This document shows, one piece after another, positions 19,233-29,483 of a stretch of DNA of 64,000 nt. This stretch comes from an uncultured Methylococcales bacterium (GTDB taxonomy: Bacteria > Pseudomonadota > Gammaproteobacteria > Methylococcales > Methylomonadaceae). The notes under the pieces are model-generated. The model worked only from the letters and a program-made list of their open reading frames with translations, made no database searches and was not told where the DNA came from. The stretch is taken from NCBI GenBank assembly GCA_913019935.1, contig CAJVZC010000004.1, positions 108 through 64,107 of the forward strand. Direction: 5' to 3'. A program made the position numbers and the translations under genes. Position 1 is the stretch's first letter, and each line of letters opens with the position of its first letter.

Positions 19233-19856
19233 TTACGGCGCTGATTCCACGGCAACCAATTGATCCATCACGCCTAACAAATTCGATTGCCCCCCAGCTA
19301 TACTTGCATTGCTACGGTATTTACCATTAATAATAATAGTCGGCACACTGGTGACCCCATATCGCGGCCCCATTGACTGCGCTTGACGCATTTTTGCATC
19401 TACCAAAAAAGAATGGTAAGCATTACGAAAATCCTGTTCATTTACACCGTGTGCGACAAAAAACTTAACCAATTGGTCTTCTGTTTCCAAACGCTGTTTT
19501 TTAACTTGAATGGCATTAAAGAAATCAGCATGTAATTGCTCAGAAACATCCAAAGCCTGTGCAGTAAAATAAGCCTTTGCATGACGCCCCCAACGCTTAC
19601 TAAACACCGCAGGGACTCGAATATAATTAATCTGATCGCCTTGCTTTTTCACCCACTCATTTAATACCGGCTCAAAAGAAAAACAATGCGGACAGCCATA
19701 CCAAAAGAACTCAATAACCTCAACTTTTCCTGCTAATTCAACAGGCTGTACTGGCGCAACATTTTCATAACCTTTTTCTACCCCTGTTTCAGCCCACAAT
19801 AGTTGTACATACAACCCTAAAAACAACCACAGTAAGCCACGAAATACTTTAACCAT
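19233..19856 (-). CDS. dsbA: thiol:disulfide interchange protein DsbA
   Basis: CPHC active site and a signal peptide. ATG 19856 (MVKVF..) is preferred. The track start 19871 overlaps ccsA. Confidence 0.88.
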   Translation of the reverse strand: MVKVFRGLLWLFLGLYVQLLWAETGVEKGYENVAPVQPVELAGKVEVIEFFWYGCPHCFSFEPVLNEWVKKQGDQINYIRVPAVFSKRWGRHAKAYFTAQALDVSEQLHADFFNAIQVKKQRLETEDQLVKFFVAHGVNEQDFRNAYHSFLVDAKMRQAQSMGPRYGVTSVPTIIINGKYRSNASIAGGQSNLLGVMDQLVAVESAP

Positions 19857-19857
19857 T

Positions 19858-21030
19858 TTAAAGTCCCCCATATGAATGAAGCCCCGACAGGAACATATTA
19901 ACCCCTAAAAAAGCAAATAAGGTCACAAAAAAACCCACGATTGACCACCATGCCATAGGGTTTCCACGCCACCCTTTTGTAAGCCGCATATGTAACCAAG
20001 CCGCATAGTTCAACCAAACAATTAAGGCCCAAGTTTCTTTTGGATCCCATGACCAGTAGCCACCCCACGCCTCAGCAGCCCAGAGTGCTCCTAAAATTGT
20101 TGCTAACGTAAAAAAAGCAAACCCTAGCGCAATGGCACGGTACATCACATCATCTAAAAGCGTTAATTCAGGTAGTCGTTGGGTCAGAAAAGCCTTCGGA
20201 GCAACTGCCTCCATTTTTCCCTTCAATAAAAAAACTAACCCGATCATCGCTGCCAGTGAAAAAGAACCATAACCTATAAAATTAGCCGGCACATGGATCT
20301 TCATCCAATAACTATTTAACGCCGGAACCAACGGCTGAATAATGTCCGCCTGTCGCTCAACGGTATACCATAATAAAAAAGCAACAGCAGCACTAATAAC
20401 GGTTAACACAAACCCACCCATGGCACGCGTCTTGTAACGTTGCTCATAACGTAAATAAATAAGAGCGGTTATAATCGAAAAAAGTATAAAAACCTCATAT
20501 AAGTTACTAACCGGTATATGGCCAATCTCAGGATCAATCAAATATGATTCACGCCAACGAACCAACAAACCAATAAAACCCATTCCTGTTGCTGTCCACG
20601 TTAAACTCGTTGCAACAACACCACTAAACGATTTATTCGTTAACAAGTTAAAAAAATAAGTGGCTGTTGCCATCACATACAAGGCACTCATCCACATAAT
20701 GGCTGATTGACTTGCCAGCATATATTTTAGAAAAAAATCAGTTTTACCTAAATCAATCATAACGCCATAACGTGATACGGCAAATAAACTCACTAAAGCA
20801 ACAGCGGTAACAAATACCCTAATCGTTTGCCAAACCCAACCAAACCCAATCAAAGCCAACCCAGTACAAACAATAATTGCTTTTTCAAAACCATCCATGA
20901 GCATATGGTACTGACTGAGCGCATAAACAACGCCGACAATATTAGCCAACCCCCATATATAATCAGCACTGTTTCGGCACTGATAAAAACGTCGCTTCGT
21001 CTTATAATCTTTATCTATTGTATTTTCCAT
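19858..21030 (-). CDS. ccsA: system II cytochrome c biogenesis protein CcsA (ResC-like)
   Basis: Polytopic protein with the WWD-type tryptophan-rich motif WGGYWSWDPKETWA. Confidence 0.9.
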   Translation of the reverse strand: MENTIDKDYKTKRRFYQCRNSADYIWGLANIVGVVYALSQYHMLMDGFEKAIIVCTGLALIGFGWVWQTIRVFVTAVALVSLFAVSRYGVMIDLGKTDFFLKYMLASQSAIMWMSALYVMATATYFFNLLTNKSFSGVVATSLTWTATGMGFIGLLVRWRESYLIDPEIGHIPVSNLYEVFILFSIITALIYLRYEQRYKTRAMGGFVLTVISAAVAFLLWYTVERQADIIQPLVPALNSYWMKIHVPANFIGYGSFSLAAMIGLVFLLKGKMEAVAPKAFLTQRLPELTLLDDVMYRAIALGFAFFTLATILGALWAAEAWGGYWSWDPKETWALIVWLNYAAWLHMRLTKGWRGNPMAWWSIVGFFVTLFAFLGVNMFLSGLHSYGGL

Positions 21031-21034
21031 AGTT

Positions 21035-23038
21035 TTAATCTGTTCTTTCTGTACCTAATTGTAAAAGCAAAGCCTTCTCTAAAGCACTATATTCTTGTTC
21101 AAATTCATAAGGATTACGACCCGCCTGAGCAGCTAAAAATAACTGTGTATTATCCTGTGACTCAGTCACAATAACCCAGAAGCGGCGCTGTGGTAAATAA
21201 AACATGCAAAATACGCCAACCACTAATAACAAACAACCCGGAAACACCAACATTTTTCCAGGAGAACGCGTCACTTGTAACCCAGTGGCCTCCTTATGAT
21301 TAAAACCAACCAAATCTAAATAAACCGGCACATCATATTGATGACTAATACTTACCGCGGCAACAGCATCTTCATAAAAACGCTCATCAAATTCACTTAG
21401 ACCCAATGTTGGATCTAACTCTTCTTCCTGCAAAACAACCCAATAAACATTCCGTAAAAAATGGTGTAACATCTTGGCATAAAGGCTTGAGATCTCCTGT
21501 TGTTTATCTGGAGCGACAGCCGCCTTCACTTGTGCAGAGATAAGACCCACACCACCCTCGACAAATTGCTTGATTAAACCAACCATAAATTGAGCAACAA
21601 GCTCTTGGTCTTCAGCCATTGGCAAAAAACTATCTGCTTGTTTCGGTAACGCTGACAATGCTATTTTCTTAAGTCTTGTTTCATCATTCAGCAAGGCCAA
21701 AAAACGCATAAAACGATCTACCCCATCTTCACTGTCAGCAGGTAAATACCAATACCTAAAGTCCTCTGCCGGGGTATGACGCAATCCTGTTAAATAATAT
21801 TTTGCTCCGTCTTTTTCAACCGGCATCATATAGTTAATAAATTCAGTTGCTTCACCGGTAGCGGATCTTAATTTATACTGAAAACGGGGGCCGATATTCT
21901 TAAACTTCTTCACGCCAGTAATATCAGGATTAACATTAATAGGCCTAAAGTCCAAAACCTCTAAGGTCATCTCAGCCTTTTCAAGTGATAGAGCAAACGG
22001 AGTGTTCACAACCGCACGAATCTCATCACTGCGATTTGCCCCTTTTAAGGGCCATAATTTAATCCTAAGTTCTGAACCGCCATCACCAAAACTTGACTGA
22101 TAAATAGTATAGCCACGATGCTCCAACGGGTGATTAACTGAGATTGTTTTATATAAAGGCGCGTCCAACTCCTTATCGTAAATAATCAAATCACTTGCAA
22201 ATGATTTAGGTTGGCCCGTTTTATAATAATCAATACGAAAATCTTCAACCGCAATTAAAAAAGGTAAACGCTGCACTAAATAGCCATCTTTAAAATCTAT
22301 AAAAGCCAAATTAGCTTTCTGACCTTCAGGAATGGTCACGGTCCCCCTAAACGATAGATTATCAATCGGCAAAGTACTCACTAATGGAACCTGACTCGCT
22401 GGAATATTGCGCGTTTCGACCTGAATTTTATCAGTCATCTCCGCTATCTTTAAAGGCACATTACCGTCAATTAAACCGCCAATACAAATAATCACAATAG
22501 CAATATGGGTAAAAATGTAACCTAACCGACTACCGCTGCCTTTTTTTGCAGCCACGATTAATTGCTTCGCTTCTGATTTAACGACCAAGCGATACCCTGT
22601 AGCTTTCGCCACAGCACTAATTCGCTCGACACAAATGTCACGACTAAAACCAGACTGCCATTCATGCCCGTGACTCATTCTTCGTAAAGCCTTTAATTGG
22701 GCAGATTCTTTATAATCACGAATATCTTTTAAAACACGTGGCGTATTACGAAAGATACAAACCGTGGTAGATACAACTAAGAAACCTAAAATAACTAAAA
22801 ACCAAACCGAAGAATAAACATCAAATAAATCTAACGACTTAAAAACCTCAAACCAAAAGGGTCCAAACTTAATGACATAGTCAGGATAAGGTTGGTTTTG
22901 CTGCAACACCGTACCAATAATTGACGCAATAGCTACGGCAACTAAAAGCGTTATGGCCAGATTCATTGAACCCAAAAAACGAATCAATAAAGCGGTCAAT
23001 GAAAGGGGACGAAAAGAGGAATCTACTGAAGCCGACAT
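21035..23038 (-). CDS. ccsB: system II cytochrome c biogenesis protein CcsB (ResB/Ccs1-like)
   Basis: ResB architecture: N-terminal TMs, a large periplasmic domain and a C-terminal TM. It lies upstream of ccsA. ATG 23038 is preferred over the track's TTG at 23044. Confidence 0.88.
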   Translation of the reverse strand: MSASVDSSFRPLSLTALLIRFLGSMNLAITLLVAVAIASIIGTVLQQNQPYPDYVIKFGPFWFEVFKSLDLFDVYSSVWFLVILGFLVVSTTVCIFRNTPRVLKDIRDYKESAQLKALRRMSHGHEWQSGFSRDICVERISAVAKATGYRLVVKSEAKQLIVAAKKGSGSRLGYIFTHIAIVIICIGGLIDGNVPLKIAEMTDKIQVETRNIPASQVPLVSTLPIDNLSFRGTVTIPEGQKANLAFIDFKDGYLVQRLPFLIAVEDFRIDYYKTGQPKSFASDLIIYDKELDAPLYKTISVNHPLEHRGYTIYQSSFGDGGSELRIKLWPLKGANRSDEIRAVVNTPFALSLEKAEMTLEVLDFRPINVNPDITGVKKFKNIGPRFQYKLRSATGEATEFINYMMPVEKDGAKYYLTGLRHTPAEDFRYWYLPADSEDGVDRFMRFLALLNDETRLKKIALSALPKQADSFLPMAEDQELVAQFMVGLIKQFVEGGVGLISAQVKAAVAPDKQQEISSLYAKMLHHFLRNVYWVVLQEEELDPTLGLSEFDERFYEDAVAAVSISHQYDVPVYLDLVGFNHKEATGLQVTRSPGKMLVFPGCLLLVVGVFCMFYLPQRRFWVIVTESQDNTQLFLAAQAGRNPYEFEQEYSALEKALLLQLGTERTD

Positions 23039-23052
23039 ATGCAATACCTAAA

Positions 23053-23081
23053 AGAACGCAGAACGAACAGTCCTGCGTTCT
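23053..23081 (-). terminator. weak hairpin between the cytochrome c4 gene and ccsB
   Basis: AGAACGCAG ... CTGCGTTCT forms a 9-bp stem with an 11-nt loop. Only a short T run follows on the minus strand. Possibly a partial terminator. Confidence 0.3.
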
Positions 23082-23100
23082 CAAATAAACAATATAAAAA

Positions 23101-23841
23101 CTACTTTTTCATCAAGGCAATATAATGTGCTACTGCCTCTATTTCTTCATCCGTCATTTTGTTAGCAATCATATGCATCATACTGTCAGGATTATTATTA
23201 CGCACATTCGACTTAAAATCTTTCAATGACTTAATCAAATAATCAGCATGCTGTGAGGCTAGCCGTGGAAACACAGCGGGCTTATTTCCTTGGCCATAAG
23301 GTCCATGACAAGCGATACATGCCGAAACCTTATTTTCAACATCACCGTTACGATATAAATCTCGACCCATAGCAACCAACTCATCTATAGATAAGCTGCT
23401 TTCTGCCGTAGTCTCACTATCACCCCAATCATCATCGTCATCTTCTGCCACTTCTGGTTCCGGCGGCGTGTTTTCAGAAATACCTTGTTCTGAGTAAAAA
23501 GCCGCAATATCCCGCATATCGTCATCGCTTAAAGACGACGCAATGGATTGCATACTTAGATCTGTACGCTCGCCACTTTTAAACGCTATTAATTGCTTAA
23601 CTAAGTAGGCAGGGTGTTGGCCGGCTAACTTCGGAAACAATCCCATCGCACTGTTACCATCTTGACCATGACAACCCGCGCAAGTTTCTGCTTTTTTCTG
23701 GCCCGGATACAAATTATTTAACCAACAACTTCTATCAAACGGCACGCCTTCACAAGAAACATCATCATTTTGTGCTTGCGATACACCTGAAAAAATAACT
23801 AAAACCCATATAACGCCAACCGTGAACAATTTATTGCTCAT
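23101..23841 (-). CDS. di-haem cytochrome c4
   Basis: Signal peptide and two CxxCH sites (CAGCH and CIACH). Each has a downstream Met region. An acidic linker sits between the two domains. Confidence 0.9.
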   Translation of the reverse strand: MSNKLFTVGVIWVLVIFSGVSQAQNDDVSCEGVPFDRSCWLNNLYPGQKKAETCAGCHGQDGNSAMGLFPKLAGQHPAYLVKQLIAFKSGERTDLSMQSIASSLSDDDMRDIAAFYSEQGISENTPPEPEVAEDDDDDWGDSETTAESSLSIDELVAMGRDLYRNGDVENKVSACIACHGPYGQGNKPAVFPRLASQHADYLIKSLKDFKSNVRNNNPDSMMHMIANKMTDEEIEAVAHYIALMKK

Positions 23842-24042
23842 TCTTTACTCCCAACAAATAATAAGGTCCCTAAGACGCTAACGCTCTTAAACCTAAAAAG
23901 GACACGTTAAAGACTTGGATCAATCTTCAAATGCTTTATCATGACCGTTTTCTGGCGAAAATTACAGATCACCTACAAAATTGTCTAAATAAAACTTATT
24001 CGTATCAGTTTACTCTAATTTACCCCTCATAGCGAGATCACG

Positions 24043-24654
24043 ATGAACCCAATTTACCAACAAGCCACTTTCATAATGAGTGCTCCTTCTATTAATCAGG
24101 CACCCGAAGATACTGGTCACGAAATTGCTTTTGCCGGTCGCTCTAATGCAGGTAAATCCAGCACCATTAATAGCCTTACCCAACAAAAATCTCTGGCTCG
24201 AATCAGTAAAACACCTGGCCGAACCCAATTGCTTAATTTTTTTCAACTGACTGAAACCAATCGATTTGTTGATTTACCGGGATTTGGGTTTGCTAAAGTC
24301 CCTTTAGCTGTCAAAAAAGACTGGCACAAAATGATGGAAACTTATTTGTTAGAGCGTAAATCACTTTCTGGCATCATATTAGTGATGGATATTCGCCACC
24401 CACTAACCGAATTTGATTGGCAGATGATTACTTGGTGTCAACACAGTAAATTACCCCTACACATACTGCTCAATAAATGCGATAAAATGAAATACGGGGC
24501 CTCAAAGAACGCACTTATGCACGTTGAAAAACAACTGAACGACTCGGCGACATCGGTCACCATTCAACTTTTCTCTTCACTAAAAAAGATAGGTATTCAG
24601 GAGCTCCAAGACACACTAGATATTTGGCTTTCACTCAGCCCCAAGAAACCTTAA
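24043..24654 (+). CDS. engB: ribosome biogenesis GTPase EngB/YihA
   Basis: FAGRSNAGKSS (G1) and SKTPGRTQ. The N-terminus aligns with E. coli YihA. Divergent from cytochrome c4. Confidence 0.93.
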   Translation: MNPIYQQATFIMSAPSINQAPEDTGHEIAFAGRSNAGKSSTINSLTQQKSLARISKTPGRTQLLNFFQLTETNRFVDLPGFGFAKVPLAVKKDWHKMMETYLLERKSLSGIILVMDIRHPLTEFDWQMITWCQHSKLPLHILLNKCDKMKYGASKNALMHVEKQLNDSATSVTIQLFSSLKKIGIQELQDTLDIWLSLSPKKP

Positions 24655-27362
24655 TGGGCCTCGTCCCAATTCCGACCAAACCCGACATCAACAACCAAAG
24701 GAATAGCCAAGTCAGCCGCTGAGCTCATTAATAACTGGATAGATTTCATATGCTCTTCTCGCGCTATTTCCGGCACCTCAAAAACCAATTCATCATGAAC
24801 TTGCATGATCATTTTAACGTCCGGTTGTTCTTGTGTTATCCATCGGTCAACATTAATCATTGCTTTTTTAATAATATCTGCCGCGGTTCCTTGCATCGGT
24901 GCATTAATTGCGGTTCGTTCTGCATATTGTCGGCGTGCTGCATGACGTGAATTGATTTCTGGCAAATACAAACGACGACCATATAGCGTTTCAACATAGC
25001 CTTGCTGGCCTGCTAATTTTCGAATCGTATCCATATAATCTTTAACACCCGGATAACGTGAAAAATATAATTCGATATAAGATTGTGCCTCGCCGATAGA
25101 AACCCCCAATTGCCGAGCCAATCCAAAGCCGGACATTCCATAAATTAACCCAAAATTAATAGCCTTAGCCGAACGCCTTAAGTCTGAAGTCACTTGGCTT
25201 AAGTCCACACCAAAAACCTCTGAGGCAGTCATTTTATGGATGTCTTCACCAGCATCAAAAGCGGCCAATAAACCTTTATCGGCAGACAAGTGCGCCATAA
25301 TACGTAATTCAATTTGAGAATAATCCGCCGCCACCAAACAAAAACCATCCGGAGCTATGAATGCCTCCCTGATTTTACGCCCTTGCTCACTCCGTACAGG
25401 AATATTTTGAAGATTAGGTTCGGTTGAAGATAGCCGCCCAGTAGCCGTAACTGCTTGGTGATACGATGTATGTACACGGCCTGTTTTTATTTGCACTAAT
25501 TGCGGTAATTTATCGGTATAGGTCGACTTTAATTTACTTAATTGCCGGTAATCCAAAATTATTTTAGGTAATGAATAATCTAAGGCTAATTCTTGTAAAA
25601 CGGACTCTGCTGTTGACGGCTGTCCTTTTGGCGTTTTCTTAAGTATGGGCAACTGCAACTGATCGTATAAAATTTCTTGAATTTGCTTCGGCGAACTTAA
25701 ATTAAAAACCTTTCCAGCCTCTTCATGCGCCTTTAATTCCAGCCCAATGATTTGATTAGCTAGTACCATACTCTGTTGATTTAACATCGAATGATCTAAT
25801 AAAACACCGTTACGCTCAATACGCATTAAAACGTTAATTAAGGGTCGTTCAACGGTCTCATACAACCAACGCATTGCATCCAGTGACTTCAACACAGGCC
25901 ACAATTGTTGGTGTAACTGTAAGGTCACATCCGCATCTTCTGCTGCATATGGCGCGGCCTGTTTAATAGCAACATCCTGAAATGAGATTTGCTTAACCCC
26001 CTTGCCAGCAACATCTTCATAATGAATCGTCTCCCGCCCCAAATAATACTTCGCCAAAGAATCCATATCATGACGCGTTACGGTACTATTCAACACATAA
26101 GACTGCAGCATCGTATCATGCGCAATACCTTGCAACTGAATCCCGTAATTAGCCAACACATGGGCGTCATATTTTAAATTCTGACCAATCTTCTTTTTTT
26201 CTGAATCTTCCAATAATGGTTTTAAGCGCGCTAAAACAACATCCCGTGCTAATTGTTGTGGTGCATCGGGGTCATTATGCGCAACAGGAAGGTAAGCCGC
26301 TTGAGTCGAATCAATGGCAAATGAAACCCCAACAATTTCAGCTTGTAGATAATTTAAGCTCGTTGTTTCCGTATCAAATGAAAATAAAGGCGCTGTCGCT
26401 AACTGCTTCAACCAATAATCAAAACGCTCATTTGTATAAATGGTTTCGTAGTCAATGACGTCTTTTTCTTGCGCAGATAACGGAGCTTCTGACCCCACTT
26501 GTTCCGTTAATTTCTTACTCCAAGAAACAAACCCCAAGTCAGAAACCAACGATTGTAATAGCGTCTTATCTAATGACTTTAACTTTAAATCTTCCATCGT
26601 ATAAGGCAATGACAAATCACATTTTATTGTTGTCAGTGTTTTAGACAACGGCAGTTGATCTAAACTTGCACGTAAATTTTCACCCACCTTACCTTTAATT
26701 GATTCCGCTGACGCAATGACGTGCTCTAAAGTCTGAAACTCGTTCAGCCACTTTGCCGCTGTTTTAGGCCCTACCTTAGGAATGCCAGGGATATTATCAA
26801 CCGTGTCACCCATCAAAGCGAGGTAATCAATAATTTGTTCTGGTAACACACCAAATTTATCCACAACACCCTGAACGTCCATAACCTTGTCTGTCATAGT
26901 ATTGACTAAACTCACTTGCTCATTCACCAATTGCGCCATATCCTTATCACCCGTAGAAATAACGACCTGAAACCCTTGCGCTTGCGCTAAATGCGTTAAC
27001 GTACCAATAACATCATCGGCTTCCACATCCGATTCAATAATAAGCGGGAAACCCATGGCTCGAATAACTTCAAACAACGGCTCAATCTGAACCTTAAGCT
27101 CAGTTGGCATTGGCGGTCTATTGGCTTTATAGTCACTGTACAGTTGATGCCTAAATGTTTTCCCCGGCGCATCGAAAACAACAACGACGTAAGGGCTATC
27201 CTCACTGGCTAATAAACGTTTCAGCATATTAGTCACCCCATAAATGGCATTGGTCGGCAGACCCTGGTCATTACTCAATGGCGGAACCGCATGAAAAGCC
27301 CTAAATAAAAAAGAAGACCCGTCAACCAATACCAAGCGATTCCCTGCATTACTTTCCATCAT
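24651..27362 (-). CDS. polA: DNA polymerase I
   Basis: 903 aa with a 5' nuclease, a 3'-5' exonuclease (FDTETTSL) and Pol A motifs (DYSQIELR, QVHDELVFE). Confidence 0.97.
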   Translation of the reverse strand: MMESNAGNRLVLVDGSSFLFRAFHAVPPLSNDQGLPTNAIYGVTNMLKRLLASEDSPYVVVVFDAPGKTFRHQLYSDYKANRPPMPTELKVQIEPLFEVIRAMGFPLIIESDVEADDVIGTLTHLAQAQGFQVVISTGDKDMAQLVNEQVSLVNTMTDKVMDVQGVVDKFGVLPEQIIDYLALMGDTVDNIPGIPKVGPKTAAKWLNEFQTLEHVIASAESIKGKVGENLRASLDQLPLSKTLTTIKCDLSLPYTMEDLKLKSLDKTLLQSLVSDLGFVSWSKKLTEQVGSEAPLSAQEKDVIDYETIYTNERFDYWLKQLATAPLFSFDTETTSLNYLQAEIVGVSFAIDSTQAAYLPVAHNDPDAPQQLARDVVLARLKPLLEDSEKKKIGQNLKYDAHVLANYGIQLQGIAHDTMLQSYVLNSTVTRHDMDSLAKYYLGRETIHYEDVAGKGVKQISFQDVAIKQAAPYAAEDADVTLQLHQQLWPVLKSLDAMRWLYETVERPLINVLMRIERNGVLLDHSMLNQQSMVLANQIIGLELKAHEEAGKVFNLSSPKQIQEILYDQLQLPILKKTPKGQPSTAESVLQELALDYSLPKIILDYRQLSKLKSTYTDKLPQLVQIKTGRVHTSYHQAVTATGRLSSTEPNLQNIPVRSEQGRKIREAFIAPDGFCLVAADYSQIELRIMAHLSADKGLLAAFDAGEDIHKMTASEVFGVDLSQVTSDLRRSAKAINFGLIYGMSGFGLARQLGVSIGEAQSYIELYFSRYPGVKDYMDTIRKLAGQQGYVETLYGRRLYLPEINSRHAARRQYAERTAINAPMQGTAADIIKKAMINVDRWITQEQPDVKMIMQVHDELVFEVPEIAREEHMKSIQLLMSSAADLAIPLVVDVGFGRNWDEAH

Positions 27363-27978
27363 TACTCATACCCATAAAAGTTTCTTCAAGCTGAAAAAAT
27401 GCCGTTCCTAATAAAGCAACGGCCTGATAAAAACAAGCCGACGGCGTATCATTAATATCCTTAAAAAACTTCGGCATCCAGACATTCATATGTTTTTGAA
27501 AAAAATCGAACTGCTCCTTACGCTGTTCTCTCACAAGCAAGGCCATGACCTCACACAAGGCTGCCACATGATCCTCAGGTTCATGGCTATTTTCTTGTCG
27601 TGTAAAACCCATAACTTGTAAGTCTTGTCGAAGTACCACTAAGGGCTTATCCATTAAAAAACCACTCTGATAGTAACAGCCATAAGGCATTAACTCTCCC
27701 CGTGCCACCCCAATAAATAATTGTTGAAACTCTGCACTAATTACCGCGATGTCCATCGTTCTAGCCACATCAAATAATCGCACCCAAGCCATTGAAATAG
27801 GTGTTTTATTCACCGTAGACTGTTCGCTGATTGACCTCAGTAATGCGACTGTTTGCATATTAGGTTCTGCAACAAACAAGTGCGCTAATAAACTATAAGT
27901 ATTAGCCCGTAACTGATGTGCCATATATTCTTCATCGACTACCATTGTTTTTAACCAAATTGACTCTTTATTCGACAT
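27349..27978 (-). CDS. TorD/DmsD/NarJ-family redox enzyme maturation chaperone
   Basis: Family-like pattern F..LF.G....PYGCYY, then EPEDHVAALCEVMALL. It overlaps the polA start by 14 nt. Confidence 0.75.
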   Translation of the reverse strand: MSNKESIWLKTMVVDEEYMAHQLRANTYSLLAHLFVAEPNMQTVALLRSISEQSTVNKTPISMAWVRLFDVARTMDIAVISAEFQQLFIGVARGELMPYGCYYQSGFLMDKPLVVLRQDLQVMGFTRQENSHEPEDHVAALCEVMALLVREQRKEQFDFFQKHMNVWMPKFFKDINDTPSACFYQAVALLGTAFFQLEETFMGMSNDGK

Positions 27979-29483
27979 TCCTCACACATTTCCAATCGCT
28001 TCACTGCATCGCCTTGAAACATAGGATGTCCAGATAACTTCTCTTTCATAATCACAATCATTTTTTCTGTTGCAAATGGTTTTTGACAATCAATACAATG
28101 AAACACAGGCTCCTCATGTAGGCGCCGAGAACTACGCGCGTCAATGCCCTTATAGATATAACGTGCATTTAATTCAATCGCCTGTTCAGGACACGTTGAA
28201 ACACACTGGTTACATTGCAAGCACAACGATTCAATGAAATTTAATTGTGGACTACTTTGTCCGGATTGCAGTGCGCCTGATGGGCAAGAAGAAACACAAG
28301 AAAAACACAACGTACATAAGTCACCCGCTACCTTGACTTCACCCCAAGCCGCATTAGCCAATAAGTCGACTTGATTAGGTTGTTGACTCCCATTTTGATA
28401 TAAGTGATCCACAGCCAAGCGAAAAACGGTTCGCTTATCGTTATCGCCCGCAAAAGTCGCCGGCAAAAACGTTAATAATTCAGTTTTCGTCTCTTGAACA
28501 TTTATGCCTTCAGAGCGATACAACACTGTTTCTGAAAAACCCATACCCTTTAAAATCATATGCGTTACTTTTAATGCTTCATTCAAGGTCTGTTCACTAC
28601 TGGGTAACAACGGCACAGCATTATAAAGAACAACCTGCGAAGCTCCAAAAGCCAATGCTGACAACCAAACTTCAGAGCCCACTGCGGTCAATGATTCTAA
28701 AGGGTAGACTAAATATTCATGTAAATCTGAATGTAAAACACTCTGGTCTTCTATACTACAAAACAAAACGATTGGCCGAACACCTCCCGCTAAAAAAAAT
28801 GCTTTTAACATTGACCGTAAACGATTCAGTATTTCTTGTCGAGTGGGGTACTGGTAATTCATGGCACCAGACGGACAAACAACGGAACAATCACCGCACC
28901 CTTGACATAAATAAGGGTTAACTACAATTTCGTAATTAACTGAGGTAATTGCATCGGCGCTGCAAATATCTATACATTGCCGACAGCCCTCTATCTTATT
29001 TCGGCTATGTGCGCATTTTTCTTTTAAATAAGAAAAATATTTTGGCTTATCAAACACACCGATAAGATCATTTAATGACTCAACAACCGACGGCAGTTCT
29101 TTAAGCTCATTCACATGAAAATAACCAATCGGACTTAAGGCTGATTGACAACTTCTTTCTGGACGTAAGTCCAAAATCAAATCAAATGGCGTTGTTATGC
29201 CAACCACTGTAAATGCGCCCAAATACCCAGACCATTGAATCTCAACAACGGCTTCTATCAAGCTTACGACTGCACTCAACCGAGCCTGTTCTTGCGAGGA
29301 AGAACGCCCATCACATAAAACGGATACTGAGAACACCTTTAATAATGGCAATACCTCAAGAACGCGTGTAGCTGAACCGATAATCAATAACTTGCCTTCA
29401 GATTCAAACGATACATAAGATGCCGCTTCTACAGAAAACTCCTCAAAGACCTGTTGTGCTAATTCAACCGGATTGTTGGTCAT
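27951..29483 (-). CDS. poly-ferredoxin-like 4Fe-4S cluster protein
   Basis: Three CxxCxxCxxxCP motifs (CQGCGDCSVVCP, CTLCFSCVSSCP, CLQCNQCVSTCP), an additional C(x8)CxxCxxxC motif, and a C-terminal CxxC..CxxC pair. Confidence 0.85.
   Translation of the reverse strand: MTNNPVELAQQVFEEFSVEAASYVSFESEGKLLIIGSATRVLEVLPLLKVFSVSVLCDGRSSSQEQARLSAVVSLIEAVVEIQWSGYLGAFTVVGITTPFDLILDLRPERSCQSALSPIGYFHVNELKELPSVVESLNDLIGVFDKPKYFSYLKEKCAHSRNKIEGCRQCIDICSADAITSVNYEIVVNPYLCQGCGDCSVVCPSGAMNYQYPTRQEILNRLRSMLKAFFLAGGVRPIVLFCSIEDQSVLHSDLHEYLVYPLESLTAVGSEVWLSALAFGASQVVLYNAVPLLPSSEQTLNEALKVTHMILKGMGFSETVLYRSEGINVQETKTELLTFLPATFAGDNDKRTVFRLAVDHLYQNGSQQPNQVDLLANAAWGEVKVAGDLCTLCFSCVSSCPSGALQSGQSSPQLNFIESLCLQCNQCVSTCPEQAIELNARYIYKGIDARSSRRLHEEPVFHCIDCQKPFATEKMIVIMKEKLSGHPMFQGDAVKRLEMCEECRIKSQFG

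Noticed and set aside
24010-24246. A 78-aa minus-strand ORF overlapping the engB 5' region.
   Set aside because: It is antisense to the strongly conserved EngB N-terminus and G1 motif, and it has no independent support.
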